Source of the DNA: Mobula hypostoma
Taxonomy: Eukaryota
Length of the DNA: 64,000 nucleotides
Assembly (NCBI RefSeq): GCF_963921235.1
Contig: NC_086118.1
Location: 19,966,001-20,030,000, forward strand
Direction of reading: 5' to 3'
The notes under the pieces were generated by a model that worked only from the letters and a program-made list of their open reading frames with translations, searched no databases and was not told the DNA's origin. Positions 61,574 through 64,000 of this stretch are shown one piece after another. The stretch's first letter is position 1, and each line of letters opens with the position of its first letter. Both the position numbers and the translations under genes were made by a program.

Positions 61574-64000
61574 CAGTCTCTGGTTGCTGGATTGTTCCTG
61601 TCCTAACCCCCTGTCTGAATCCCTTCTCTGCCCTCTCCTCCTGAAGTCTTTCCATGCCCCTGCAACCTGTGTCTAAAGCCTTGCCTCGCCTGGAGCCTTG
61701 CTTGCCTTGCCTCACCTTGCCTGGAGCCTCGCCTCGCCTGTAACCCTCGCCTGCAACCTTCGCCTGCACCGCTGTCAAGTTCTATTCCCGGAGCAAGATA
61801 AGGAACTGTCTACCGTTGTTTTGAGCTGTCTCTGTGTCCACGTCTTCACTAGGTAGGTCTGGTCGTTTGCCGCTACCTAGTGTTGGGAACCATCTGTGTC
61901 CACGCCTTCGCTAGGTAGGTCCGGCCGTCTGCTGCTGCCTTGTGTTGGGAACCGTCTCATCGTATTCTTCATTCTGTGTATGAGTCCCGGCCCTATGTCC
62001 TGTTTCCGAGGAGGGGTCCCAGCTCTGTGTTCCATGTTCCTGTCTCTCCCTCGACCAAGTCAAGGCTTCGAGGTCTCGTCCAGTCCTAGCCACGATCCAA
62101 GAACCTTGCCCTGTCCAAGCTATGGCTTTGTGTTCTCGTCTTGTCAGTGTGTCTTGCCCAGCCCAGTGCTGGGGTTCCCTCGTCCTGTGCTGGGGTTCCC
62201 TTATCCCTGTTTCATCCAGGGCCTGTGTCGTGTCCAGCATCCTTTCTTCCCCACTTCCCTTGCTTTCTTGACTAACCTAGTCCCGTTCCATGTACTTCAG
62301 TGCCTGTGCCTCGCATTTGGGTCCGCCTCCCAGCGCCCCCACTGACAATGACCACAGTAAGTAATGCTTGGTTTAAAGAATTCACACGTTGCGTTATGCT
62401 CTGAGCCAATAATCTTCTAAACTTTTTAACACTGTCTTGAGATTTTAGAAATGTTCCTTGTCATCCTTACCATTAACAATGATGTCATCCAGGTAACACT
62501 GTGCCTGGGCAGCCTTATAGCACCTGGTCCATAGCTTTCTGGCAGAGTCCAAGTGCAGGCACTACTCCAAAAATAAGCCTATTATGGCATTAAAGCCCTT
62601 GATGGGTATTTATGGTGAGAAACATTTTGGATTCTCTTCCATCTCCATCTGTAGGAAGGCCTCAGCTAAGTCCACTTTGTTGAAGTATTCCCTCCAGAAA
62701 GGTTTGCAACCTGGGCAGAGGATGCTGACCTACTTTCAGTTCTAGATTGATGATGACTTTAAACTTATCACAGATCCTCAGAGACCAATTCTTCTCGGCT
62801 ACTGGGACTTCTAGTGTTGTCCATGGGCTCCGTTCAACCTTGGAAATAATTCCTTCAGGCTCCATGCGATCTAGCTCACTGGCTATTTTATCACAGATAG
62901 TATAAGGAATTGGATGGGTTTTGAAAAACTTGGGTGTGGAATTTTCATTTAACGCTATTTTACCCTTGATATGTTTGAGTTTTCTAATCCCTGAACACTG
63001 CTGTAGCATCATCCAGTACCTTTCCTACCTTGTTTTCAGATGACTCTATTGAAAGGGATGTAGCATGCAAATGGTGGATGGCTTTCCATTCAAGTCATAG
63101 CTCTTTCAGTTGCTCATGGTTCCACAATGCTTGTCCTCCCATTTTTACCACATAAAAGCCCAATGTGGTTTGTTGGTTGTTGTATTTCACTGTTACAAAT
63201 GTTATTCCCACAGGAGTTATCTTTTCTTCACTATATGTTCTTTGTTGGATATCTGCAGGCTTCAGTTCAGTATCTTTAAAATGCTGTTCAAACTCATTTT
63301 GTGGAATGACTGAAACAGGTGAACTTGTGTTCAATTCCATTTTAATTAATTTGCCATTCACTTCTGGTGTAAGACATATTATTTGTCTATTGTTAGTTTT
63401 TATAGTTTAAGTCTCAATGCTACCCTGTCCTGTGTCACTCTCATCATTAACGAATTTTTCATCAACAGCTTGCAGACTAGCGCTCTTTTTGAAACTGCAT
63501 CTTTATCTCTTCCCTGTGTAATCCGTTTATTTTTGTCTGCCCAACATGTTCTTTTTATGTTTCCTACCTGCGTTGGTTTGGTGTATGTGAACTCCTGCCA
63601 CAATGGTAATATAACTTGTTCAGCCAGACAGGTTTCCGTTTAGACATTGCAATTTTGTTCACACTCACTTTCATTCCTGACTGCAATTCAATTGTGTCTC
63701 TTTCTGCTATTTCCATTGATAGAGGAATTTCAACTGCTCTTTTAAATTCAAGTTTCTACAAAATAAATGTTCTCTCAGTGCATTATTAAACCCATCACTG
63801 AACTGAAAATGCTCAGACAACTTCTTCAATTCGGCCTTGTAAGCTGAAATGGACTCAATTTCCTTTTGATTCCACTTATGAAACCGAAAGTGTCCTGCAA
63901 TCAACAATGGTTTTGTTCTAAATGTTCCTGCATTACCCTCACAATATCAGCAAAGTTCATTTCTGCCGGTCTGGTTGGAGCAGTTAAACATCTAAGCAAT

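Larger units (their letters stand above)
58038..62347 (+). mobile_element. Solo LTR A (58038-58182 plus 61574-62347) inserted in the Gypsy RT
   Basis: Termini TGTCATGG...CTGACA; TSD ATGAC at 58033-58037 and 62348-62352. Confidence 0.88.
55793..64000 (-). mobile_element. Decayed Ty3/Gypsy LTR retrotransposon (gag-PR-RT-RH-IN), runs off the window end; interrupted at 58038-62347
   Basis: gag RFHKWNQKEIESISAY; protease KMELNTSSPVSVIP; RT YLDDII near 62480-62497; RNase H DREALSLVWGVKHF; integrase GHLGIVKVK, PWKRIHVDFA, PATSGLVERFVQSLK; putative 3' LTR about 55793-55988. Confidence 0.92.

Overview
Eukaryotic, repeat-saturated vertebrate DNA. The repeat families (CR1 with (TTTCTATG)n tails, Rex1/Babar, V-SINE and Deu-SINE-like, Penelope) suggest a cartilaginous fish, probably a ray or skate; this is inference. 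No intact host protein-coding gene is recognisable, and the listed ORFs I could assign are transposon remnants or antisense shadows of them. The main discovery is a heavily decayed foamy-virus-like (spumaretrovirus-related) endogenous retrovirus on the minus strand at about 39.2-49.8 kb, which the ORF track does not reveal. Manual translation through stops and frameshifts gives RT (KYKSRMDLANGFWSHPV), thumb/tether, RNase H and a full integrase with foamy-type N-terminal extension and C-terminal domain, plus weaker gag and env remnants. Later Penelope, CR1 and Rex-related insertions split it, and removing the Penelope and CR1 at their target-site duplications (TSDs) restores the RNase H reading frame. 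Other highlights: a Penelope-like insertion with inverted pseudo-LTRs, each carrying a minimal hammerhead ribozyme; a four-level Gypsy>LTR>Nimb>LTR nest with intact TSDs; a solo LTR-like element inside a (TA)n tract; a templated insertion; and a candidate 18-nt microexon. All family assignments come from motif recognition by eye, not database searches.
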